Notes under the pieces: model-generated | Seen by the model: the letters and a program-made list of their open reading frames with translations, nothing else | Database searches by the model: none | Told to the model about the DNA's origin: nothing | Shown here: one piece after another, positions 1 through 11,680 of the stretch | How the letters are laid out: each line of letters opens with the position of its first letter | Numbering within the stretch: the first letter of the stretch is position 1 | Assembly: GCA_964016885.1 (NCBI GenBank) | Contig: OZ024744.1 | Span: 121,768,001 to 121,832,000, forward strand | Reading direction: 5' to 3' | From: Eledone cirrhosa | Lineage: Eukaryota | Length of the DNA stretch: 64,000 bases | Program-made: the position numbers and the translations under genes

Positions 1-217
1 CCAACGCATGACTGTCCATAGATCGCAAATTAAAATACGGGAATACAGGAAAATACCATTGAGTGAACACATTGATACCTGTGCCGCCCAAAATCATCCC
101 AACTTCAGAATATTTCCCCTCTACAAATTTAAAGATAATGCCACCCACACCCAGCGCATCAGCAAGGAATCTTACTTTATTAACAAATACGGACCCCGTC
201 TAAACACTTCTCCCTAA
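1..217 (+). mobile_element. Penelope-like element, C-terminal end of GIY-YIG endonuclease ORF (start lies outside the window)
   Basis: Peptide RMTVHRSQI...PLSEHIDTCA...RISKESYFINKYGPRLN has the R-x3-H / H / E-x-Y-F-I-x6-LN layout typical of Penelope GIY-YIG C-termini. Confidence 0.75.
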
Positions 218-429
218 GACGAACCCACAACATACACACGTCAACATACATACCCACATCAGCATACATCTCTACCCACATATAAACACAATGACATACG
301 TAAACACACATGTTCTATGGTGCAACACAAATATACACAAATTTGCATATCTTTTTATGTCTATAGATATAAACGTGCCGACACACACATACATAAACGC
401 ACACATGCATTGCACACTGATGGGCACAT

Positions 430-703
430 ACATATTTGTACACAGATATTCCAATACGGCAAGGCCTAATGGATTCCCCTTGCAGTACGTACAATCTGGA
501 CACACTCCAGATACATATTTGTACACAGGTATACAATTTCTGGTCACACTCCAGATACATGTGTACAATTTGTACACAAGTATACAATTTGTACACAGGT
601 ATACAATTTCTGGACACACTCCAGATACATATTTGTACACAGGTATTCCAATACGGCAAGGCCTAATGGATTCCCCTTGCAGTACGTACAATCTGGACAC
701 ACT
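430..703. repeat. Local direct duplication (~60 bp unit at ~448-508 and ~646-703) with intervening tgtacac/ggtatacaatttctgg subrepeats
   Basis: attccaatacggcaaggcctaatggattccccttgcagtacgtacaatctggacacactc occurs twice. Confidence 0.85.
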
Positions 704-1049
704 CACACACACCTTGGTATTATGCCAATACTATATATCATTTCACACCTTTTATTATTAAGCTTTTTGATGTTCTATTGAGAGAATCGATTTTACTGAA
801 AATATCGAATAATGTACACCATTCCACCAGTACCACAAAAATAATTACTGGTCCACACACACACACACGTGTATGCGCACACACGCACATACATACGCGT
901 ACATTAACATACAAAGAGACATACACACACACACACACTTCTCTGTATAAGACAAGAGCTGAAAAATATCTTTTAACATGTTAAAATATCCCCCACCCAC
1001 TTACAGACACATTCCTACTGACCATCCCTCTACCACGAATTACTCTTCT

Positions 1050-1197
<148 letters not shown>

Positions 1198-1819
1198 TTG
1201 TCTTAATAGGCATTTGAACTGTCAGGCTGCGGTTCGCACACACATCCCTGCTGACCATTATCACAACAACGAACCTCTTTACTACTACTACACACACACA
1301 CACATATTTGTTTTGAAAGACTTATTTTTCAGTGACTTTTCAATCAGCCGACACAAACCTACATTTGGCGCAAAATCAATTTTTAACATTCACATGACCT
1401 CTACCGACCAATCAAAATTGTTTTGACCACAAGAATTTTTGCAACACGAATTGGCGCAAAACTTATTTTAATACCGCTGGAGCCACTTTCTTCACATACA
1501 AACAGGTAGAATTTCCAAAACTAATCAGATTAGAGCAAACATCACGGACGCTCTATCTCAAAATTATTTTTGAAAAGCATTAGAAATGCGCAACCGGTAA
1601 AACTTAAAACCAAAACTGAATACTAACCAATACTATTACTAATTCTCACTTATTCCTAATTAAACTATTTTTCACTGTGAACAATTTGTCAGCATTTTCT
1701 TTTCCGTTTACCAATATATCATAACTTGTGTGTTACACCTCTATTCTTTTAAATATATATTAGAAAGTGAGGTTTTTTTTACAAAATGAAAAATAACCGA
1801 GGTGTCCAACACGAGTGAA

Positions 1820-2122
1820 AGTATAAAGAAAAAGAAATGAAATCGAAAATGCAACTGGAGTCTTATTTTAAAAAAAAATATATATATTTATTTGGTTCCT
1901 TTACCGGTTTCGCAGTTCTTCTGCTTTTCAAAAGGTGAGTTGAGATGGAGGGTCTGTGGTTTTTCTCACATCTGTGAGAAAAACCACAGACCCTCCATCT
2001 CAACTCTACTGTTGAAAAGCAGAAGAACTGCGAAACCGGTAAAGGAACCAAATAAATATATATATTTAAAAAAAAAATAAGACTCCAGTTGTATTTTCGA
2101 TTTCATCTCTTTTTCTTTATAT
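1820..2122. repeat. Near-perfect palindrome with ~150-bp arms, centre ~1971; probably the fold-back end of a Penelope pseudo-LTR
   Basis: ggtctgtggtttttctcaca-tc-tgtgagaaaaaccacagacc; the ORF track gives near-identical peptides on both strands (1863-2051 and 1892-2080). Confidence 0.9.
1898..1935 (-). ncRNA. Degenerate minimal type I hammerhead motif (mirror copy at ~2011-2045 +)
   Basis: Minus strand: cctt TTGAAAA gcag-aagaa-ctgc GAAA ccgg TA aagg; all three stems form but the core differs from CUGANGA at two positions. Confidence 0.55.
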
Positions 2123-2300
2123 ATATATATAAATATATGTGTGCATATGTTTATGTTTATATATGTATGTGTGTGTGTATGTATATTTATGTACATATAT
2201 GTGTATATATGTGTGTGCGTGCGCGTATGTTTTTATGTATGTCCTTGTACGTGTATATATATATATAGGTATGTATGTAATTATGTGCGTATTTGCGTGA

Positions 2301-2366
<66 letters not shown>

Positions 2367-2407
2367 CACAATGTTAACAAATGAAAAATATTCGCATAAT
2401 CAAAATA

Positions 2408-2478
2408 TATACTTTATTATATATATTTCAAAGGTACTGTGTTGTTTTTTTCAGTACGTCCTCATCAGACAAAATATA
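2408..2478 (-). ncRNA. Type I minimal hammerhead ribozyme
   Basis: Minus strand: tatattttgt CTGATGA ggac-gtactg...cagtac-cttt GAAA tatata TA ataaagtata; 10-bp stem I with G-U pairs and palindromic stem III. Confidence 0.75.
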
Positions 2479-2524
2479 TGATTTGATATATGATGTACCG
2501 CTACGGTCTTTATTATTCAATTCC

Positions 2525-2710
2525 GGTGGATTGGCAGTATCGGTAGAGGGTCGGACGCCATGCTTTCCAGCATAGTTACGTCCCTTTAGGATCTGAGTTC
2601 AAATCCCGCCGAGGTTGACTTTACCTTTCATCCTTACGGGGTCGATAAAATAAAGTACCAGTAATGCACTGGGTAATTGCTGGCCTTGTGCCTAAAAGTA
2701 GAAACAATTA
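2525..2710 (+). mobile_element. tRNA-derived SINE (Meta/MESC-core-like)
   Basis: A-box-like tggcagtatcggt, B-box gagttcaaatcc, core cctttcatccttacggggtcgataaaataaagtacc; flanked by direct repeat ttattcaattcc (TSD). Confidence 0.85.
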
Positions 2711-4129
2711 TTCAATTCCAGTATTGGCAGTGATTTATTTCATCAAATCTCAACGTTTTTATACCACAAATAATATGATAAACTTAACGAAGAAAAGGAC
2801 ATAGAGCAAATTAGAGATATAAGAGGGGGTCAAAGAAGAGGAAAGGCAAGAAATAAATACATAAATAAATAATTAAATAAATGAATAAAAAAATAAATGG
2901 AAGAATGAAGAAAAGAAGAAAAGAAATTTATAAATAAGAAAAGAGGAATAACGACAAAAGAGAGGGAAGGTGTGGGGAGAGTAAAAGGAAATGAGGGGGG
3001 GGGGGTAAAGAAAAATAAAGAAAAAGAAAAAGAAAGAAGGAAACATCAAATAGAGGGGAATAAAAAACCGTTGTTTTCAAATTGTAGATAAAATAAGAAA
3101 TCAAATCTATTCACATAAACAATTGAATATCGCTTGTATTTGATTATGCTTTAGCTAATTATACTTTTATATTATATCTAGAATATTCAGTATAGATTAC
3201 TTTCTATAGCAATCACATATTTAATTTAATTATAAATTTATATAATTTAATTTAACTCATTATAGATTATTATTATTTTTAATTTTAAGGTAAGATATTC
3301 TATAAATATTTTACTACAACTTTAAAAGAATTAATTTTTAAAGTATATTTAAATAATTATTAAATATGTATTAAAATATAATACCATGCATATATCACCA
3401 TCAATACATATAATATATTTAGATCATTTATTACCCAAATTATTTAATTTAATTTAGAGATTCTCTTTATAAAAGCTTTACTGTTCTTTAATTTTCATTT
3501 AATTCCTAGGATTAAACTGTAGTTATATTTACTCTCAATAGTTTTATTTCATTAATTTAATGAATTGTTATATTTACTTCTGTATTTAATTATTTTGATA
3601 TGTAGTTTCCTTTTAATGATAGTCTATATATTATCAAACTTCATATTTCATATTTTTTAACAAGCTGCCAAAAAGAAATGTTTACGGACAATGTAAACAA
3701 AAGGAAGATAACTCATTCACCATATACAAACATTTATTACATATCTATACTCTCACGTCCAACGATATTTCAAAAGCCATAAATCATCAATTGTATATAT
3801 CGTAATTGATGCCTAATTAAATATTGAACTATCCTAATCAAATTATAGGATAAAGAAACTTTTAATGAAATTATTCTAATACATATAAATATCAATAAAT
3901 TATTACTTCAATAAGGCAAAATTTATATATATATTTAAATTATTAATTGTCAATATTTTTTCGAAACTTGTTGCTTGGAAAGTTTTACCAATTTTATGGT
4001 GACAACTATTAAATAATTCTTTTTTTTTTGTTGATTAAATTGTCATAATTTGTAATTATCTGTAGAATCTCAAGGTTATAAAGATTACAAATTTGCGAAA
4101 TAGTTGAGTTCTGATAGGAAGCAGCATTT

Positions 4130-4735
4130 GTCGTTATTCCTCTTTTCTTATTTATATATTTCTTTTCTTCTTTTATTCATTCTTCCATTTATTTTTTTAT
4201 TCATTTATTTATTTATGTATGTATTTATTTCTTGCCTTTCCTCTTCTTTGACCCCCTCTTATATCTCTAATTTGCTCTACGTCCTTTTCTTCTTTAAGTT
4301 TATCATATTATTTGTGGTATAAAAACGTTGAGATTTGATGAAATAAATCATTGCCAATACCGGAATTGAATAATCAAGACTGGAGCGGTATGTCATATAT
4401 CAAATCATATATTATGTCTGATGAAAACGTACTGAAACAACACAGTACCTTTGAAATATATATATAATTGTTTCTAGTTTTGGCACAAGGCCAGCAAATA
4501 CCCAGTGTATTACTGGTACTTTATTTTATCGACCCCGTAAGGATGAAAGGAAAAGTTAACCTCGGCGGGATTTGAACTCAGAATGGCAAGGGCCGTAACT
4601 CTATGCGTCAAAGCATGGCGTCCGACCCTCTACCGATACTGCCAAACCACCGCCAAGGCAAATATATATATAATGAAGTTTATATTTTGATTATGCGAAT
4701 ATTTTTCATTTGTTAACATTTTGAATAATATTAAA
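4130..4735 (+). mobile_element. Right arm of the inverted repeat pair; its hammerhead (core at 4418) is interrupted by a SINE
   Basis: Reverse complement of 2361-2960; CTGATGA at 4418-4424, GAAA at 4453-4456. Confidence 0.75.
4467..4660 (-). mobile_element. tRNA-derived SINE, same family as 2525-2710
   Basis: Reverse complement of the same core; flanked by direct repeat aaatatatatataat. Confidence 0.85.
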
Positions 4736-4918
4736 AACTCCAGGAAAACCACTACTGCTGAGTGCTTCTAATCTATTGTAAAATTGTATTCGTTGAGTAA
4801 TCAACGAACCATAATAATCTTTGGTTATATATATATATATGTATATATATGTATATATATGTTGATTTAAAACTGCACTATTCACAAGTGTTTTTAGCCT
4901 TCATATCATGTTCTCCTG

Positions 4919-4985
4919 TTTTATCTGATGAAAACACAAATATTATTGCATGATGATGTTTGTTTTTGAAATGCGCATAATAAAA
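4919..4985 (+). ncRNA. Type I minimal hammerhead ribozyme within a ~160-bp dispersed repeat (4861-5020)
   Basis: ttttat CTGATGA [~16-bp stem II with G-U pairs] GAAA tgcgca TA ataaaa; second copy at 19872-19938. Confidence 0.8.
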
Positions 4986-7334
4986 TACATGGAACTCCTT
5001 TAACCATCTTTTGATCTTATATATGTATATATATATTGTTATACTTTGGGAGGGTCATGTTGCCAATAAGAAACACACGCACCAATTGCTTTCACTCCAA
5101 TTTATTATAAATTTAAGAATTTATAAATTTCCGGTTGGTTGGTTGGTTCCACAACCGGACGCTTGTTCATATATTGTCAAAGTTCTTTCGTCACACATTC
5201 TGTGACCTCTTTAGTGACTGGGGATTCTTTTCTTTGTTTTGTGCCTCTCCTTTGTTCTGTCCTTCGCCATCTTGTTTTTGTGTGTGTTGACAACACACAC
5301 AAAAACAAGATGGAAGTTAACGTTAACTTCCTTGATGCTACCCTTTGCCTAGACTCTAAAATATGCACACCCTTTCATAAACCAAACGGAAAATTAATTT
5401 ATGTGAATACCAACTCTAACCACCCTAAATCCATATTAAACTCAATTACTAAAGGAATATCTAATAGAATCTCTAATCTATCATATAACGAAACCATATT
5501 TAACAATAATTCCCAATACTATAATGAGGCCTTAGCTAAATCAGGACATAAGAATGGGATTGAATTCCTACCTATAAAATCACATAGTTACAACATTATT
5601 TCTCACAATATGGCCACGAGGAAAATATAATAAAAGTACTAGCCACTATAACTCTAAGACGAAGGGTAATATCAAACTTAACTCGCACCAAAGTAAACAC
5701 CACGATAATAATATAAACAGGAATACAAATACCTAAAAAAACATTACAAAAAACAAAAAATAGAAGAACTAATACATTCTTCAATCTAAACGTCTCTACC
5801 AACTTGCCTAAGGCTTTCTTCTCAATCTTGGAAAAAAACTTCCTATCCGGCCACAAGTACCATAATCTTATCAATAAAAATACCATTAAAATCTCTTACT
5901 CTACCACACCTAACATCGCATACCATATAGGAAGATTAATAATTATTTCCAACTAATTAAAACACAACAGGAGGTAAACTTAGTACCTGTAAACCATAGT
6001 AGTAATAATAGTAATAATGATAATAGCACTAATGAAATCAATAACAATAGGAATGGCAACCATCATTACCCTAATGCTACCCCTAGCAACCAGACTTCTA
6101 CACAACATAGTAACCGCAAGCAAACATCCAGAATAAATGTAACTGTAGAACTAATAGAACTTGCCCCTTAGGTAATAATTGCTTAACCAAAGACATCATC
6201 TACTCATGCACTGTCAACGCAAACAACTCTTCTAAAACATACATTGGCTCTACTTCGAACTGCTTCAAGACGAGATACAACTCGCACCTCCACTCTTTCA
6301 AAAAACACAATCTAACCAGCTCCACTTCTTTATCTAGCTACGTATACTCTCTGAAAACTAGGAATAGACCATTTACACTTCAATGGGAAGTAGTAGGTAG
6401 GGCCACATCGTATAAACCACCGAATAAATTGTATAATCTCTGTCTTCTAGAGACCCGTACTATAATCTTTTCGAAACTAGACCTCCTAAATAGAAAGTCA
6501 GAGATATTTTCCTCATGCCAGCACCACTATCGACACTCTTTCCATAACTTTAAACCTAGCTGCTAGTATACAACAATGTCAGATTTGAATTCCTCACCAC
6601 CATTAACACTTCACATCTAGGACTTATCAGCCCCCACAACTACACACTCTTTGATCAGCTCTTTCCTCTACACAACTCCTATGTATCTCTAAACTTATAC
6701 TCTGCAATAACAGTTAGAATTGATCATAAAGTTACCACCTTTTGATATAACTACTATAGCTTAATTATATTATATACAGTAATGGATATTTAATATGTAG
6801 AGACATTTAATGCAATATGTAATAATAAATTATATATACAGTTATAATTAAATACTTAAATTAATAACATGTATATAAGGGATTTACTTTTAACACAATA
6901 TAATAATAATAAAGTATATATACATTTATAATTAAATATATAAAGTAATAGCATTGTATATAAGGGATTAACTTTTAACACAATAATGTATATTATTACA
7001 CAAATGATCTAACTATTTGGACATATAAACAGCTATACAATTTTCCATAACATATATCTTGTCCAGTAATGAATAGATAACAATCTAAAGAGACCTTTAA
7101 TGTATTATAATAAAATACACTGTATTTAAAATTAAGTATAAATATATAACATTATGTAATTGAGATTCACTTGTATCACAATATAATGTGTATTAGAGCA
7201 AAGCATTTGAATAACTGAATTTAATTAGCTAGTTACCTCCCCTTACTCACTTCCGGAAATTAAACCGTTAGAAACACGACCTGTGGAATAACTCTAATCC
7301 ATGAATGAGAATATAATAAGACTAATTTACAATC

Positions 7335-7418
7335 TGTGCCTCTCCTTTGTTCTGTCCTACGCCATCTTGTTTTTTGTTCAAAACAAGATGGCGTAGGACA
7401 GAACAAAGGAGAGGCACA
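7335..7418. repeat. Perfect ~40-bp-arm hairpin inside the Penelope 3' region
   Basis: tgtgcctctcctttgttctgtcctacgccatcttgtttt / aaaacaagatggcgtaggacagaacaaaggagaggcaca. Confidence 0.9.
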
Positions 7419-7440
7419 ACAACAAAGAAAAGAATCCCCA

Positions 7441-7483
7441 GTCACTGAAGAGGTCACAGAATGTGTGACGAAAGAACTTTGAC
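7441..7483 (+). ncRNA. Minimal hammerhead motif in Penelope pLTR (inverted copy at 5176-5218 has mutated core CTAAAGA)
   Basis: gtca CTGAAGA g gtcac-agaatgt-gtgac GAAA gaac TT tgac. Confidence 0.7.
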
Positions 7484-7709
7484 AATATATGAACAATCAT
7501 CTGGTTGCGGAACCAACCAACCAACCGGAAATTTATAAATTCCTAAATTATAATAATTTAATTATAATAAATTGAAGTGAAAGCAACTGGTGCGTGTGTT
7601 TCTTATTGGCAACATGACCCTCCCAAAGTATAACAATATCGGTTTCAACACACGTTTTCAGATAAAGAATCTTGATAAATAAATTCAGAAACGAAATATA
7701 TATATACAT

Positions 7710-8738
7710 ATCATCATCATCATCGTTTAGTGTCCATCTTCCACGCTTGCATGAGTTTGGACGGGAATTTTCCCACTTGAGGCAAGATTGGTTGTCTTGC
7801 TCGTATAAGACTGTCTGGCGGGTTTTCTACGGCTGGATGCCCTTCCTAACACCAACCACATTTACAGTGTGGACTGGGAGGTTTTTACCGTGTTACCTAC
7901 ACGGCCACATTACAGCGTGGACTGTGTGTTTTTTGTCGTGACACCTACACGACCTCATTTATTTAGGACTGGATGTTGTGGTACCAACATAACTTTACAT
8001 TGAAAGGGGTGGTGTGGATGGGATGGGGGTAGTGGGACAGGGGTGTATTTTGTTAGAGGTCACTACTGACTGTAGTAGGTTTCGCTTTGTATTTAAGCAA
8101 GGCGGGTCTTCTGTGTATCGCCAAAGCTCTCGGTCCAGTGATATTGTCTTGCAGAGGTGTAAGTGTGTGAGGTCGGAATTTATCAAGTCGTCCCGGGTTT
8201 TTCTGGGTCTGCCTACTCCGTGGCTACCGTCTATTTTTATCGCCCTGCACTTTTTTATACAGCTGTCATCTTTCATGCGCATCACGTGACCATACCAACG
8301 TAGCCTTCTCTTGAGTAAACAACATCTGATCCCTCTTATTTCTAATTTCTCACTTAGTTCATTTATGCTTTGCCGTTCACATATATTACTATTACACATC
8401 CAACGGAGCATGCAAGCTTCGTTCCTCTCCAGTCTGCGTAGATCCTCTGCACACAAAGCCCATGTTTCACTGCCATGTAACATTGCTGTTCGTATGCAGG
8501 CATCATACAGCCTGCCTTTTATTTTTAGGGAGAACCCTTTAGCGGCCAATAGTGGTATAAGCTCTCTGAACTTTTTCCATCCCGTTCTGACTCTAGCTAC
8601 TGTACTTTCAAAGCACCCTCCGCCCCTGCTGATTTTGTCACCCAGGTAACGGAAGGTGTCCACTATTTCTATAGAACCATCTGTGCAATGGAATGAGCTA
8701 GTATTCTGTGGGCACTCGCTGCTACTTATTGCACCAGA
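7710..8738 (-). mobile_element. RTE-type LINE family B, 5'-truncated, (GAT)n tail
   Basis: FRYLGD...KGRLYDACIRTAMLHGSETW...RRLRWYGHVMRM...GRPRKT; 3' UTR ends in (gat)n. Confidence 0.9.
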
Positions 8739-8968
8739 TATTTTTATATATATATCTACATATATATATTTATATATATGTATGTATATATACATATGTA
8801 TATGTGTATCTCAGAAATATACGATATAGGTTGTAGAAAAATAGACAGAGAAAGAGGATTATGAAAATGTTTTCAAAATATAAAAACACCAACGATAAAA
8901 ATTACAAAACCAAAATCATTATAAAATGATTGATCTGGATGATCGGATCAAAAACTAACAATAAGATG

Positions 8969-9073
<105 letters not shown>

Positions 9074-9095
9074 ATGTATGTGTGTATGTATATAT

Positions 9096-11513
9096 GTTCT
9101 TCTGGTTTTATAATTTCACAAAGTTTTACCAATAGAGAGAGAGTCGGTTTCTAACATATACACAAGACTTTCTCATTGGAATTTACACAACATCAACTAG
9201 GTAGATATGTATGCATGTGTAGATATGGATGTTATTGAATGTGTGGATGTGTATGTTTTGAGTTGTATGTGTGCATGTGTATATGATTTGTATCTGTACA
9301 TGTGTATATGCAGTTATTAGATGCAACATTTTTGGAATGTTTTACATATGTTTACTGTTCCATTAATGGATTGTACTTGTAATTTCGTAACTAGTTGTGT
9401 TCTTTCTGTTCCTGTGAAGCCTAGCTTCTCAAGATTTGTATTGAGGCAGTTACCAGTGCCCCAATAATCACAGGCATAAATCTGAAGTGGAGTATCTGCA
9501 GGTAGAGGCATAAATCAGGATGGAGTATCTGCAGATTTCTCATCAGTTCTGCATAAATATTCTCCTTTTCGCTAATCTTTGATATTATATTGGCATCTGC
9601 TGGGCAGCTAACTTCCACTACTGCGCATGATTTCTTCTCCCTGTCCCACATCATAATATCTGGTCTGTTATGCCTGCATTTTATTGGGGTTTTTACTGGA
9701 ACATTCCACCAGTACGCTTTCATGTTATGTATGTGTATGTCTTCCACATACATATACATAACTGTATACATACATATACAAAGCTGTAGCTTTTAATGTT
9801 TATTATCGGGGCTATCTTATTTACGAACTGCATTGTACAGTGTTTTGGCCACTACATCATGCCTCATAGGTAGATAGTACCGCGATGACATCTTTGGACA
9901 GCTGCTGCTGACATGGGTGATATCCTCGATGTTAGTCTTGCAGAGTCTGCACTTGTTATCGCATCTAGGTGTTTTGCCTGCATCCCTATCTCTTTTGTGA
10001 ATCAGGTATTTCGTGTTAATCTCCTGTTCTTGAATTGTAAAAGTGGGAGCCAATATAGCGGTTGTTGGTCCAAGATAGACTACTTTCCTTATCTATATTA
10101 CTCTCACTCTGGAGCTTCCTGGCAATATATCCATGCATGATTTTTTACTGATAAGCATGCAGTTTTTCATCCATGGATTCACTGCGATACAGCTGAGCGA
10201 CATCCCTGGGTGTGAGTTTTTGATTATCACACAGGAAACATCTCTCGAGGAGTTCCTTCCCAACTCTCATGATCTTATCTGTTTCGTGCAGATAGACTTG
10301 CTCGAGAAACGGGCTCCTATGCTTCGAGGTTCGTAGATGTTGTCGGAGAGATATGATGCGACATTCAAATGTTGTCTGGACTGATGTTAGGCCTCTGCCT
10401 TCCTGCTTACGTTTCAAGTAAAGGCGGTCTATGTCACTGTTGATGTGGAAGTTTCCGGTTTTGTTTAGTATTTTTCGAGTTCCAACATCAACTGCTCGGA
10501 TTTCGTCTATCGTCCAATTGAGTATTCCAATCGTTGGTGTTAGGACAGGCACAGCAAACACATTGTGAGCCACTGTTTTATTTTGCGCAGAGAGATCCGA
10601 TGACCAGATCTTTCTTAATCGGGTGTAGTATTCCCTGGTTATGCGTTCCTTATTACAGATACCATTATAGGATATGTTCTCATCTATCCCCAGGTATCTG
10701 TAGCAGTCCTCATCAGATATCGGTGAAACAGTTATGCCATTGATGACAATGTTGCTAGATTGGATTGTTGTTTTTCCCCACTTTACAGTCATGTATGAGC
10801 CTTTATCTTGGCCAAACTCCATTCCTATATCATTTAAGAACGTTGTAACCAGGTCAAGATTTTTCTTCATCTCATCCATGTTCTTGGAATAGAGTTTCAG
10901 ATCATCCACAAAGAAATTATGGGTTTATGTTCGTATTTCTGTCCTCCTGTGAGCCAATAATGTATCCCTCACATTTCTTGAGTAGAAAGGACAAGGGGTT
11001 TAATGACAAGACGAATAATATCACAGAGAGACTGTCCCCCTGAAATATACCCCTGCAATATTTTATTTTATCAGTGAAAATAGAGTCCTCCCTCTCTGTC
11101 TTTAACCTTAGGATAGTAGCCCAAGAAGAAGACAGCCTCTCTATGGCTCTGACAATAATGTCTGGGACTTTAGCAAGTTGGAGGGCCTCTGTCACCCAAG
11201 AGTGGGAACAGAATCGAAAGCTTTCTTGTAGTCCAGTCAGACTGTAGTCATATTCCTCCTAAGTTGTCGCACCTCCGACATCGCAGTTTTGTTGATTAGG
11301 AGTTGTTCAGCACATCGCCAAACCCCTTTCTTTCCATCTGCTTGTTCATCTGTGATGATGTTATTATTTTCACAGTGATCTTGGAGGAATAGGTTCAGGC
11401 AGGCTGTATACATCTCATACATCAGTTTCTGGCATGCAATGGGTCGGTAGTTTTTTGCCAAGTGGGTGTCTTTGTTCTTGGGGACCAGTAATGTTTGTGC
11501 TAATGTCAACCAA
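9096..11513 (-). mobile_element. R4/Dong-like RLE non-LTR retrotransposon family A, degenerate and 5'-truncated
   Basis: RT motifs [27 protein letters not shown]; CCHC CRLC..E.I.H....C; RLE RPDI...VVEVSCP...K; several frameshifts. Confidence 0.88.
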
Positions 11514-11597
11514 TGTATGTATGTATGTATGTATGTATGTATGTATGTATGTATGTATGTATGTATGTATGTATGTATGTATGTATGTATGTATGTA

Positions 11598-11628
<31 letters not shown>

Positions 11629-11680
11629 ATGTATGTATGTATGTATGTATGTATGTATGTGTGTGTGTATGTATGTATGT
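11513..11680. repeat. (TATG)n microsatellite between two R4/Dong-like elements
   Basis: Direct reading. Confidence 0.97.

Larger units (their letters stand above)
2361..2960 (-). mobile_element. Left arm of an inverted repeat pair (partner ~4130-4735); Penelope pseudo-LTR-like and hammerhead-bearing
   Basis: aatgttaacaaatgaaaaatattcgcataatcaaaatat and tttcatcaaatctcaacgtttttataccacaaat are reverse-complemented at 4130-4735. Confidence 0.75.
5039..7640 (+). mobile_element. 5'-truncated Penelope-like element with inverted 5' pseudo-LTR (5039-5280) and 3' pseudo-LTR (~7380-7637)
   Basis: RT thumb VNFLDATL...PFHKPNGKLIYVNTNSNHP...RISNLS; GIY-YIG at ~6180-6564 (IIYSC...KTYIGSTSNCFKTRYNSHLHSF...LCLLET...LLNRKSEIFSSCQH); ORF has stops and frameshifts; the two ends are reverse complements. 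Confidence 0.9.

Noticed and set aside
3060-4125. Mitochondrial insertion (NUMT)
   Set aside because: AT richness only; no recognisable mitochondrial gene or tRNA
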